64,000 bases of DNA, taken from the IMG/VR virus record IMGVR_UViG_3300002307_000001, positions 32,001 through 96,000 of that record, one strand, 5' to 3'. The stretch comes from a virus. Both the position numbers and the translations under genes were made by a program. A model generated the notes under the pieces. It was not told the origin of the DNA. It made no database searches and saw only the letters and a list, made by a program, of their open reading frames with translations. This document shows, one piece after another, positions 21,397-30,764 of this stretch (position 1 is its first letter; each line of letters begins with the position of its first letter).

Positions 21397-24300
21397 TTAT
21401 TTAAAAATATCCCCAACTCTTACACCACCTTGTACAGGTGGTTTAGACTGATTACCTTGAACCAACATTCTTCTTTTTTCAAGTTCGGTCATAATCCATC
21501 TATTTTTTGATTGAATTATTTCATCTGGACTAAGTGCCCTATCCCCTACAAGTAAATTAAGTGGTGTCCTATCTTCATCTGTCCATTCAGGAACACCATT
21601 TTTCATTTTAACGCTACCATCTGGATTAATTTTCCAATGTTGTGTAAAGATATAAGCTTTTGTGAATTTATTATTAGCGTCTTTGCTATTAGGATCCGGC
21701 ATTATTTTATATTTAAAACCTGCACTCTCCTCAAATTTATTGTTTTCTACAGGTGTAGGATCTGTAAGCAGTTGTCCATATGTATATGTCATTTGAGCTT
21801 TTGGTAATTGTGTAATATAAGTTCCTTTAGCATTAGGACTTACATCTATCCACATGGTCCCCAATTTTTTTATGTCTGCTACATTTTGCCCACCTATTAA
21901 ACCTTTTTCTTTATCTCCTTTATCTATACCTGAAAAATGAACCTCTACTGCAGGTTTACCATTAGGACCAAATTCATGGTAAGTAACACTTTCAGCAAGA
22001 TCTAAAACAGCTTCAGTAGCAGTGTGATCCTCTAATGCTTTCTTCATTTCTGGAGATATAAGTGCACCCATTTTTTTATCAGAACCTACTGTATACATTT
22101 TTAATTGATTGCCCGGTAATAATGCTTCTTTATAAATAGCTAAACCTGTTGCTTTTTGTGTAGGATTAACATCTTTGCCTGTACCTGACATATCATATGT
22201 AATAGCAGAGCCAGATACACCTGATGCAAACTCAGTCATTTGCCCTACTACTTTTTCACCAACTTTTGCTATTTTATTTTTATATGTACCAGGTTGACCA
22301 AATACAGAATAAAATGATTTTCCATTATTTATAGCAGGAACTAATTGATTAGGATATGGTAATTCTTTACCATCTGCAGCATGATGATAAGGAGGTTTTC
22401 CACTTAAAATAGCTTCTAAATCATGCGTAGCTTGGTAAGGAGTTCTTGTAGAAAGATTACTTATGGGAAATGTTGCAGGAGAATGTTTATAATCAAAACC
22501 ATTTATATTATTAATCTCATACTCTGTACCATTAATATTTATTGTACCTCTAGATAAACCTAATGATAAATCTTTATCATTCCATAATCTTGCAAATTGA
22601 TCCCCTGTTATAGTTTTAGTAGATTTGCTTCCTAACTCATTTACTGTAATTGTAGGTAAATGAAAAGAATTTGCTGTGTTTTCAGGTGTATAAAAATCAT
22701 TTGTTTTTTTATCTATTAGATCTTTATATATACCAGTTTTATCATTACTTATAAAATCTTTTAATTTTTCTTTATATTCAGTTTCTCTTTTGGTATAATT
22801 GGCCATTTCTTTCTCCATGTCCAAATTATTTTGAGCAAGTGTTAATATAAGATTAGCTTTTTTGGGGTCAACTGATTGAAAAATATGTTCACTATTTTCT
22901 TTAGTTACAAATGCCATTAAACCTTGTCGTAACTGATTAGGACCACTATTTAAACCACCTGTAGTGTATTGCTGAAGACCATTGTCATTAAGTATTTTGA
23001 TAAATTGACCTCTTCTTGCAATACCTTCTTTGCTCATATCATATTTACCAGTAGTGATTGCATTTTGAAGATCACCACTTAAAGATAGTATATCAGTGTT
23101 TTCCATACCACCTGGTATAATATCTTTACTTACCATTTGCAATAGTCCTTCAGAATTAAACGCTTTATAGTTTACACTATTAATAGTTTTAATTTGCTCA
23201 TCTTGATAAAGATCTATTGTTGGTATTTTAGCTATATCTGTACCGGTTACAGCTACAGTACCTGATCCTATATTTGGATTAGCTAAACCTTTAGTTCCAC
23301 TAGTTCCATTTGTTACACCATTACTATTAAAGCCTGTATTAGGATTAAAGTATCCATCTCCTCCAATATCAAAACCACCTGGAAGATATTCCTCCAGTAA
23401 TTCAGGAGTAAGCATACCTGCTTTTCTTAAACTTTCTATAGTCTTAAAGTTATTGTTTGCATCTCTTTGGTTATTTAACCCTTGTAATTGAGCTAATTTT
23501 AATTGATGTTCCCATTGTTTATCTGCTCTTTCATTAAAAGCTTTTGTTATAGGGCTATCTTTAATCTCAACTGAAGATATACTTGCAAGGCCTATTGCCC
23601 ATTTATCAGCAGCATGTGATAGATATACTTTTCCAACGTAATCTCTAGGATTATCGGTAATATCTTTTATTGCTTTTTTGTACTGATCAGATTCAAAATC
23701 AACTGCTTTTAGATAATCCTCAGAATTTGTAGAGTTTTTGATAACATCATTTCCTTTAAACCCTAAATCTTTAGAATAGTCAAGTTGTGCTTTATCACTA
23801 AGTGCTTGATATTGATCTGCTTGTTTTTTATTAAATTCAACTTGTGCAGCAACTTCAGGACTTATTTGTACATTGTTATCCTTTGGAAAACCATTAGCAT
23901 CTAATCCTCCTGGTATAAGAGCTTCATTTTTTTGTCTCCATTCAAGAGCTGTTTTATTGTATGAAGCAATTGTGCCGGCATAATACTTACTAATACCTTG
24001 CACAGATTGTTCACCATATAGTTTAGTTGCTTGTTCAGTAGATATACCGGGATTTCTTTGTTTAATATCTTTTAAATCTAACTCCATTTTAGCAGTAGAC
24101 AATACTCTATTTTGAGCAGTGTATTTATCTCTTGATGCTACAGATAGATAAAAAGATTTGAATGCATCTACTGATTTGGGACCATTAGTAGTAACATACA
24201 TTACATTACCTTGAGCATCTGTAGTTTTTATACCACCGTCTTTACCAAAGGTCTTTATAAACTCATCTCTTGCATCTGTATCAATATCATATACAGGTAT

Positions 24301-24813
24301 AGATTCTCTTTTTTCTAATTTACTATATGCATCAGCAGTCATTGGAGTATTTGCCAATTCCTCTAAACCTGTATTAAGGTAACTATCAACAAGTGGATTA
24401 TATAAACTTCTTTCATCTTTATCTTTACTATATTTCATAGAATTTTGTCTCTGAAATTGGTTTTGATAGTGAGAAGTAAGTGATATGTTTTGTAACAATT
24501 GCCCATCCTCATGAAAAGGTAGCATAATATTTTCAGCAGCCATTACATTCTTAGGATCACTAAGATCCGTAGCTGCAACAGCTTTCATCTGATCAAGAGC
24601 TTTTTTCTTATAGTCATTTTGTCGTTTAGTGGCTTCTTCACCTGTTACAGGTTTATTAAAGATAGATGCAAAAGAATCTTTGATTTCTTTAAAACCCTGC
24701 TCATATTGCTGATTAGCTTTCATTTGCATTGATTGCAAGAAAGAAAAATCTGGGGAATACGTAGGAATTGCCGTAATAGATGAAGGTACGTTTTCTAACC
24801 AATCATATGTCAT
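21397..24813 (-). CDS. Large virion cargo/ejection protein
   Basis: 1138-aa ORF directly upstream of the RNAP, with a helical N-terminus (YSPDFSFLQ...QYEQG) and its own promoter motif. Confidence 0.6.
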   Translation of the reverse strand: MTYDWLENVPSSITAIPTYSPDFSFLQSMQMKANQQYEQGFKEIKDSFASIFNKPVTGEEATKRQNDYKKKALDQMKAVAATDLSDPKNVMAAENIMLPFHEDGQLLQNISLTSHYQNQFQRQNSMKYSKDKDERSLYNPLVDSYLNTGLEELANTPMTADAYSKLEKRESIPVYDIDTDARDEFIKTFGKDGGIKTTDAQGNVMYVTTNGPKSVDAFKSFYLSVASRDKYTAQNRVLSTAKMELDLKDIKQRNPGISTEQATKLYGEQSVQGISKYYAGTIASYNKTALEWRQKNEALIPGGLDANGFPKDNNVQISPEVAAQVEFNKKQADQYQALSDKAQLDYSKDLGFKGNDVIKNSTNSEDYLKAVDFESDQYKKAIKDITDNPRDYVGKVYLSHAADKWAIGLASISSVEIKDSPITKAFNERADKQWEHQLKLAQLQGLNNQRDANNNFKTIESLRKAGMLTPELLEEYLPGGFDIGGDGYFNPNTGFNSNGVTNGTSGTKGLANPNIGSGTVAVTGTDIAKIPTIDLYQDEQIKTINSVNYKAFNSEGLLQMVSKDIIPGGMENTDILSLSGDLQNAITTGKYDMSKEGIARRGQFIKILNDNGLQQYTTGGLNSGPNQLRQGLMAFVTKENSEHIFQSVDPKKANLILTLAQNNLDMEKEMANYTKRETEYKEKLKDFISNDKTGIYKDLIDKKTNDFYTPENTANSFHLPTITVNELGSKSTKTITGDQFARLWNDKDLSLGLSRGTININGTEYEINNINGFDYKHSPATFPISNLSTRTPYQATHDLEAILSGKPPYHHAADGKELPYPNQLVPAINNGKSFYSVFGQPGTYKNKIAKVGEKVVGQMTEFASGVSGSAITYDMSGTGKDVNPTQKATGLAIYKEALLPGNQLKMYTVGSDKKMGALISPEMKKALEDHTATEAVLDLAESVTYHEFGPNGKPAVEVHFSGIDKGDKEKGLIGGQNVADIKKLGTMWIDVSPNAKGTYITQLPKAQMTYTYGQLLTDPTPVENNKFEESAGFKYKIMPDPNSKDANNKFTKAYIFTQHWKINPDGSVKMKNGVPEWTDEDRTPLNLLVGDRALSPDEIIQSKNRWIMTELEKRRMLVQGNQSKPPVQGGVRVGDIFK

Positions 24814-24860
24814 CTTATAATATTTAAAGTAGTATTATTAGTTTTTAGCCCACTTCAATA

Positions 24861-24892
24861 TAAATATACGAGATAAACAATTAAGGTGCAAA
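24861..24892 (-). promoter_or_regulatory. Promoter TTTG-N20-TATATTTA for the large-protein cluster
   Basis: Recurrent motif. The -33 box overlaps the T-tract of the upstream terminator. Confidence 0.65.
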
Positions 24893-24928
24893 AAAAACAG
24901 GGAATAAACCTTTTATGTGTATTCCCTG
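24890..24928 (-). terminator. Intrinsic terminator
   Basis: CAGGGAATA...TATTCCCTG stem followed by a long T run, downstream of the 952-aa gene. Confidence 0.75.
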
Positions 24929-24959
24929 GTCTTTTCTATAAACATTTTATGTGTAATTA

Positions 24960-27818
24960 CTATTTTATAAACTTTTGGAGAGCACTCCCTCCATATTTAA
25001 ACACACCTCTTTGACGAAGAAGATTATATACGCTACCTGATTCACGTTTAATTTGTCGTTTAGCAAGTTCTGCTCTTTCGGCCATTGTAAGTTCTCCAAG
25101 AGTTTTACCTTTTATTTCTGGGTATATCTCAGCACCGTAACCTTTACCACTCCATGTCTGAAGTGCTTTGTCTACTGGTGTATCTGCTTTGTAATATTTA
25201 GAAGACATTATACCATCTGTATCACCAAACAGTTGTGTTTGATATGCTTTAAAACCTGTAGCAAGATCAGGGAAAGCAGCAAAATGACCACTACCATCTG
25301 TTTGTTTGATACCTGAGTCAACAGCTCCAAACTTTTTAGCAAATGTTGGTTTATAAATAATGTTACCTGGATTATTAGTAGCAGTAGCTATATCAACACC
25401 TTTAGCTCTTTTAATTGGAGCAATTTCATCTTGTACAGGTTGTTGATACCTTGTATTATCTTGAGAATAACTTGAGTTATTTTGAGGAAACTGCCCCATT
25501 ATACTAATATCTGGCCCAGAAGCCAATGGTATAAAATCACCACCTATTTGATAATGAGGAAGATATGCACCTCCTGTTTGATATTGTGGTGCCATTTGTG
25601 GCATTGCCATGTGACTACCACCATATCTCATTTGGTATCCACCGTATTGTGTTACAGGTCTAGTAGTAGTTGTTTTTTCAACATTTCCTGATTTACCAGT
25701 TTGGGTACGAACAGTTCCTTGGTTCCCAGTTGCAGCTTGAAACGCTTCGTCAAAACTCCAATTGTTTTCTTTCATTAATGCTTTAATCTGCTCAGGTAAA
25801 GTAGAGTTTCCACCTTTTTGAATATCTCTAAAATATTTTTCTTCCATACCCGGTTTAAACTTGGGGTAACCACCTGGTCCAATATCAAAGTATTCAGATG
25901 TTTTATTAAGCCATGCAGTTTTAACGTCATCTTCATGATGTTTCTGCATTCTGTCTGTATACTCTGCTTGTAATTTACCTTGTTCTCTTTGGTAATCTCT
26001 ATCAGCTAAGAAACCTGCTTTGTTAAGTTCAGCAAGTCTATTAGCTTGTTTAGCCATTAAATCATTGGTAATTTGAGCAGCCTGTGAATTTGCAGCATTT
26101 GCTATACCAACATTTTGAGCTTGTGTATTAGCTATTGCTTCTCTTACTGGTTTAAGTGATTCCCCTTGTCTAGCCAAAGACATTGCTCTACCGGTAGCAC
26201 CAACATCACCTTCACTTGCAGATCTTGCAGCTTCTTGTGCAGCAGCAGCTTGTGCAGTATAATCAGCAAATACTGTTTCAGGTATAACAGCTTGTACAGG
26301 AGGTTCATATGGTCTAAACTTTTTAAGGTTAGCCATCTGTAACAAGTTTTGCATGTCTCCGTAAAAGTTTGGGTCCATATGCATACCTGCTATTCCTTTT
26401 CCTACATTTTTTATTCCTTTTCCTATATTACGTAATGTATTACCTGTCCAAGTACCATTATCAGTATTATCAAAAGAAGGTGGCGTAACAGGATATGGTG
26501 TTGAACCTTGTTCATTTGGTGTAGGGAAAGGTATAAGACCTAACATAGACATTTGTTCCATTTGATCTTGTTGTCTACCTAGTTGAATAGGAGGTATGGC
26601 TCTAGTATCTCTTATTCCCCATTCAAATGGTTTTACACCAGTTCCTTTTAACTGTGTAGCATCTCCGATATACTTTTTTACCCAATTGTTCCAACCTTCA
26701 GGATTTTGCATATTTTCAGGTACACCTTTTGCTGTCATTATATCCTTTGCTAATGGAAATGATAAATAATCAGATCCATAATCTACACCTCTTTTAAGAT
26801 TTGGATTATGCATAGCTTGTGTAAGCCTGTTTTTAAACATTTGATCAAAGTCATCCTGTGTTAATTTTTTCTGATAAATAGATCCAGCATTAGTTGTAGG
26901 TCCTATTAATGGTGAACTAACTATTGGATAAGAATTATCTGTACTGTTTTGGTTAATGTTTATAGAATTAGATAATTCTGTACTCGGATACATATTGTAT
27001 ACAGGTGATACAGATTGTGCTACTTGTTGATTAGCTACAGTATTAAGATCTTCTTCTTCAGTACGTGGGCCTATACCAGCATATTGATACTTTGGTATCT
27101 CACCACCGTATTTTGCCATTACTTCAGGTTGCATCATGTTCTGACCACCTGGTCCCATGTTACCGGCTTCCTGTACTTCTGGTTCTTGTTGTTGGAATTG
27201 TTGTTGACCTTTAGGTTGATTAGGGTCATGATGATCCATGCCCATTTGCTTTTTCATACCTTCCTGTACTGCAGCAAGTTTATTGAGTTTAGCAAGATAG
27301 TTATCATTCATTAACTGTGCAGTCTTCTTAGAAAACTCATCAGCTTTTGGGTCATCCAATATTCTTTTTAGTTTATTGAGATCGTATTTCTTAGCAACCT
27401 CTGCAGGAGTATATCCACTTTTTCTAGGTTTCATATTAAACATTGCAAGAATGTTTGGATCCTTTACTTTCAATGCTTTAGTATCAGAGAATACAAAAGA
27501 GTTTGATGGTACATTAATATCTTTACCACCTTCTGTATGTGGTTTACCATTAACATTCATCAATTCTTGTTGACCATCTTGATCAAAATCACCAAGTACC
27601 ATCTCTTGCTTTTCTGCATTAATATCTCCACCATCCTTTGCTTCAGGTAATGTGTTACCTGTTTTAGCATATGGGTTAATCTTAGATGTAGAGCCTGGAT
27701 AACCGGCAGGAGATGACCAGAATTTGTCAAGCGCAAGACCACCAGATACACCTCCCTCTTGTTGTCCTCCGTATTTTGCCAGCTTACTTTTAGGTAAGGC
27801 ATTAATTCGTACTCTCAT
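24960..27818 (-). CDS. Virion cargo protein with xxGG motifs and C-terminal NNPGNI (lysozyme-like) domain
   Basis: NAEKQE...GKPHTEGG...FVFSD module resembling crAss-like cargo proteins. Repeated KYGG/QYGG/RYGG. ATNNPGNI...FAAFPDLATGFKA near the C-terminus. Confidence 0.65.
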   Translation of the reverse strand: MRVRINALPKSKLAKYGGQQEGGVSGGLALDKFWSSPAGYPGSTSKINPYAKTGNTLPEAKDGGDINAEKQEMVLGDFDQDGQQELMNVNGKPHTEGGKDINVPSNSFVFSDTKALKVKDPNILAMFNMKPRKSGYTPAEVAKKYDLNKLKRILDDPKADEFSKKTAQLMNDNYLAKLNKLAAVQEGMKKQMGMDHHDPNQPKGQQQFQQQEPEVQEAGNMGPGGQNMMQPEVMAKYGGEIPKYQYAGIGPRTEEEDLNTVANQQVAQSVSPVYNMYPSTELSNSININQNSTDNSYPIVSSPLIGPTTNAGSIYQKKLTQDDFDQMFKNRLTQAMHNPNLKRGVDYGSDYLSFPLAKDIMTAKGVPENMQNPEGWNNWVKKYIGDATQLKGTGVKPFEWGIRDTRAIPPIQLGRQQDQMEQMSMLGLIPFPTPNEQGSTPYPVTPPSFDNTDNGTWTGNTLRNIGKGIKNVGKGIAGMHMDPNFYGDMQNLLQMANLKKFRPYEPPVQAVIPETVFADYTAQAAAAQEAARSASEGDVGATGRAMSLARQGESLKPVREAIANTQAQNVGIANAANSQAAQITNDLMAKQANRLAELNKAGFLADRDYQREQGKLQAEYTDRMQKHHEDDVKTAWLNKTSEYFDIGPGGYPKFKPGMEEKYFRDIQKGGNSTLPEQIKALMKENNWSFDEAFQAATGNQGTVRTQTGKSGNVEKTTTTRPVTQYGGYQMRYGGSHMAMPQMAPQYQTGGAYLPHYQIGGDFIPLASGPDISIMGQFPQNNSSYSQDNTRYQQPVQDEIAPIKRAKGVDIATATNNPGNIIYKPTFAKKFGAVDSGIKQTDGSGHFAAFPDLATGFKAYQTQLFGDTDGIMSSKYYKADTPVDKALQTWSGKGYGAEIYPEIKGKTLGELTMAERAELAKRQIKRESGSVYNLLRQRGVFKYGGSALQKFIK

Positions 27819-28659
27819 ATTTCCAATATTTATTGGTTAATAATGTATTACTTTTTATGTGTCTCGCTACAGTAGATGATGAGCAATTAGCAAAATCTGC
27901 AGCTTCTTTTAGAGATTTAAACTTTACTTCTTCTGACCTGTCTATATTATAGCATATAACAGGTACTCTATTTATTTTATCAGATAACATTCTTGCTTCT
28001 GATACTTTCCGATTATGCTCTTCTCGTGATACTTTATCTTGAGGTAGCTTCCTGCGTTCCAAGTTCTTCTTTTCACGAAATTCAGGATGGGCAACTAACC
28101 ATCTCTGATTAGTAAGTCTTGCTCTTTCTCTTTGCTCTGCTTTAGTTTTTCTCGGCTTACCTCCTGTATTTCTACCTTCCTTGTATGCTGCCTTATTGCT
28201 TTCCGATAGTTTCCTCTTTTTCTCTTCGGAACAAGGTCTCTTACCAGCTTTGGATATCTTAGCCTTTGCTTCAGGAGTATGTTTATACCCCTTTCCTTTT
28301 TCTCCTATCAATTTCTTAGTCTGGTCACTGTGTTTGAAGCCCCTCATTCCATCGCCACCATCTGTTAAATTAAGACCTTCTGTTTGTGGATACCTGTTTC
28401 TATTTGATTTATAAAAACCAATGTAGTATTTTTCAAGAGAGTCAAGTATTTCGTATGGGTAATCCTCGTTTATTATTTCTTCAATAACTTCAAAGTTATG
28501 ATTGTCCCATCCATACTTCTGAATAGAATTATATATCAAAATCTGATTTACACATTTGGAGTTTTTATAACGATTTTTCCTTCTGGCTAAGTTAATAGTT
28601 TGACCTATATAAATTTTACCAGAAGGATTAGTAATCTTGTATATGTAACCGTATGCCAT
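27802..28659 (-). CDS. Free-standing GIY-YIG homing endonuclease with NUMOD3 repeats and C-terminal NUMOD1/HTH
   Basis: GYIYKITN...IYIGQT, R, LEKYYI, GLNLTDGG. HSDQTKKLI/HTPEAKAKIS/CSEEKKRKLS repeats. FKSLKEAADF. Confidence 0.92.
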   Translation of the reverse strand: MAYGYIYKITNPSGKIYIGQTINLARRKNRYKNSKCVNQILIYNSIQKYGWDNHNFEVIEEIINEDYPYEILDSLEKYYIGFYKSNRNRYPQTEGLNLTDGGDGMRGFKHSDQTKKLIGEKGKGYKHTPEAKAKISKAGKRPCSEEKKRKLSESNKAAYKEGRNTGGKPRKTKAEQRERARLTNQRWLVAHPEFREKKNLERRKLPQDKVSREEHNRKVSEARMLSDKINRVPVICYNIDRSEEVKFKSLKEAADFANCSSSTVARHIKSNTLLTNKYWKYESTN

Positions 28660-28880
28660 TATAATATAGTTATATCGTATCCCTGGTTTATTAATTCCTG
28701 TACATATTGTGGGTTTAAATCATAATGTTTTCCTGCCTCAAAGTTACTTGAATTTTTAGCATAACCACCATTAGCCATAACGGTGTTATTATTCATGTCA
28801 GGTGTACCTGTAATACGAACACGTTTTGTATTACCACTCATCTGCATTTCCGGTGTACCGGTTATTTTTATCTTAGGCAT
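28659..28880 (-). CDS. Small motif-mosaic protein, probable cargo
   Basis: KIKITGTPEM/RVRITGTPDM duplication, MANGG, and a C-terminus similar to that of the 606-aa neighbour. Confidence 0.65.
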   Translation of the reverse strand: MPKIKITGTPEMQMSGNTKRVRITGTPDMNNNTVMANGGYAKNSSNFEAGKHYDLNPQYVQELINQGYDITIL

Positions 28881-28891
28881 CTTTAATAGTA

Positions 28892-30712
28892 TTAGAGCAT
28901 GTCAATTTTATATCCCATTCTTTTCAGGTTAGCTATTTCTGCATCTGAAAGCTCAAGTTCCTGTCCTGCATGATAACCTCCTTGTGCAAAGGTATCTCTT
29001 ATTGGCATTCCACCCATTTGCATTTTTCCACCATACATTGCTACCCCTTGACCTGGGTAATATATCCCTGCTTTAGTTGGTGTTCTTTGATCTGGTCTAA
29101 ATGTACCATTATAATCATAGTCACCATGTCCACCCGGTTGGTTTACAGCAGCAAAAGCATTTGATGAAAGCCGATCATTAAATTGTTTATTTTGAAGTTT
29201 TTTTTGTTCATTTAAAGCTGCATATGTTCCTGCTACACCAAATGCTGCCATACCAGTACCAAGAATAGCTTTACCCCAATTTGGTTTTTGAGCTTTGTTT
29301 GAATCAGGACATTTCATAGGATTACCTTGAGCATCCTTACATTTCATTTCATTATCTGCATTTTGGTTATTGTCATTACTAGGGCTATTCTGTGAATCAT
29401 CTGCAACATTTGGTGGATTGTTATCCGGGTTATTGACCGGATTGTTTGGGTCAGTACTTGGATTGTAACCATCTTGATTATCTGAGTTATCAGAACTAAA
29501 AGCACTTCTATTAGGATCACCTTGGAAACCTGCATCATTACCTGCTCCTGAAGGGGTATCAGAAGTTACATTGGGTCTACCATTTGTACCACCATCTTGA
29601 AAATTGCCACCCATTGCCATAAACCTAGCTAATGGATGATAAGGATTTACAGTACCATATTGACCACCTGGTTCATAGACTTCTCTACCAGGTGTTATCA
29701 TACCACCTGTTTCCATAGTTTGGCCTCCATACATATGAGAATGATTAAAATGTTTAGCGTTTCTGGCAAAGTTTGCCATCTGTCTTACATGTGGATCAGG
29801 TGAGTGCAATGCTTCTTCAGTTGTTTTCCCTGTACGTTGTTTGTAAGCAGTAAACATTCCTTCATGTGATTTCTTTATATGGATACCACCCTGTTTCATT
29901 CCCGGCATTGGTTGTGCACCTTGTTGCTGCATCTGTTGTTGCTGCATCATAGCTTGCTGATCCTGTGGAGACATTTGTTGCTGCTGCTGCTGTCCTTGTT
30001 GTGCTTGTTGCATAGCCATCATCTGTTGGTCTTGTGGACTCATCATCTGTTGACTAGGATCTTGTGGTCCCATCATAGCACCCTGTGGCATTCCTTGTGG
30101 CATTCCTTGCCCTTGAGGCTGTCCCTGAGCCTGTGACATGGCTTGCATCATTATCTGCAACTGTTGGGGAGTAAGATGCTTTTTCTTGTGTCCACCTTTA
30201 TGATGGTGACCACCTTTCTTCATTTCAGTAGACAAATCTTGTAACATTCCACCATCCATACCGGTTCCTGGATTCATGGCAAATGGATTAACTAGTTGAG
30301 CACCAGGTGTTATACCACCAAATGCCATTTGAGTTGGAAGATCTTGTAGATATCCTGAACCATCACCTGTACCTGGGTACATAGCAAAAGGTGTAGGGTA
30401 TTCATTATTGCTTACATTAAAAGAAGCATTGCCACCCATACCAAAAACAGGTGCACTACCACCAATAGGAAAAATGGGACCACCGTTAGCAAAATATGTA
30501 CCATTGCTATATGTTCCTGAATCACCTGCTGTAGATACCCAACTATCACCATTCCAGTAAGATCCAGCATGACCAGAAGCTGCTCCTCCATTTTTCATTG
30601 TTTGATTTCCTTTCATATGAGGGTATGCTGCAAAGAAATGTTCTTCAGAAGGATAGCGTTGATAAAATTCTTCTTGGGTTTTACAGTTAGTCATTTTCAT
30701 GAACTTATGCAT
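28892..30712 (-). CDS. Low-complexity (Q/M/G/N-rich) probable virion cargo protein
   Basis: More than ten xxGG motifs, a poly-Q/M tract, a GGIHIK...GMFT...ANFARNA module and an N/D/P tract. Confidence 0.65.
   Translation of the reverse strand: MHKFMKMTNCKTQEEFYQRYPSEEHFFAAYPHMKGNQTMKNGGAASGHAGSYWNGDSWVSTAGDSGTYSNGTYFANGGPIFPIGGSAPVFGMGGNASFNVSNNEYPTPFAMYPGTGDGSGYLQDLPTQMAFGGITPGAQLVNPFAMNPGTGMDGGMLQDLSTEMKKGGHHHKGGHKKKHLTPQQLQIMMQAMSQAQGQPQGQGMPQGMPQGAMMGPQDPSQQMMSPQDQQMMAMQQAQQGQQQQQQMSPQDQQAMMQQQQMQQQGAQPMPGMKQGGIHIKKSHEGMFTAYKQRTGKTTEEALHSPDPHVRQMANFARNAKHFNHSHMYGGQTMETGGMITPGREVYEPGGQYGTVNPYHPLARFMAMGGNFQDGGTNGRPNVTSDTPSGAGNDAGFQGDPNRSAFSSDNSDNQDGYNPSTDPNNPVNNPDNNPPNVADDSQNSPSNDNNQNADNEMKCKDAQGNPMKCPDSNKAQKPNWGKAILGTGMAAFGVAGTYAALNEQKKLQNKQFNDRLSSNAFAAVNQPGGHGDYDYNGTFRPDQRTPTKAGIYYPGQGVAMYGGKMQMGGMPIRDTFAQGGYHAGQELELSDAEIANLKRMGYKIDML
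29893..30166 (-). repeat. Gln/Met-rich coding low-complexity repeat
   Basis: GMPQ x2, MSPQDQQ x2 and poly-Q runs. Confidence 0.8.
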
Positions 30713-30764
30713 ATTGTATTAGTTTAGTGCTTATAATAAATTTACTTAATTTTTTTGACTTTTA

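Noticed and set aside
27802-28659. Group I intron around the GIY-YIG ORF joining the 73-aa and 952-aa ORFs
   Set aside because: There are no non-coding flanks. Both neighbours have their own plausible start and end motifs.
29893-30166. CRISPR array or non-coding tandem repeat
   Set aside because: The repeats are degenerate, in-frame codon repeats for Q/M/P with no repeat-spacer structure.
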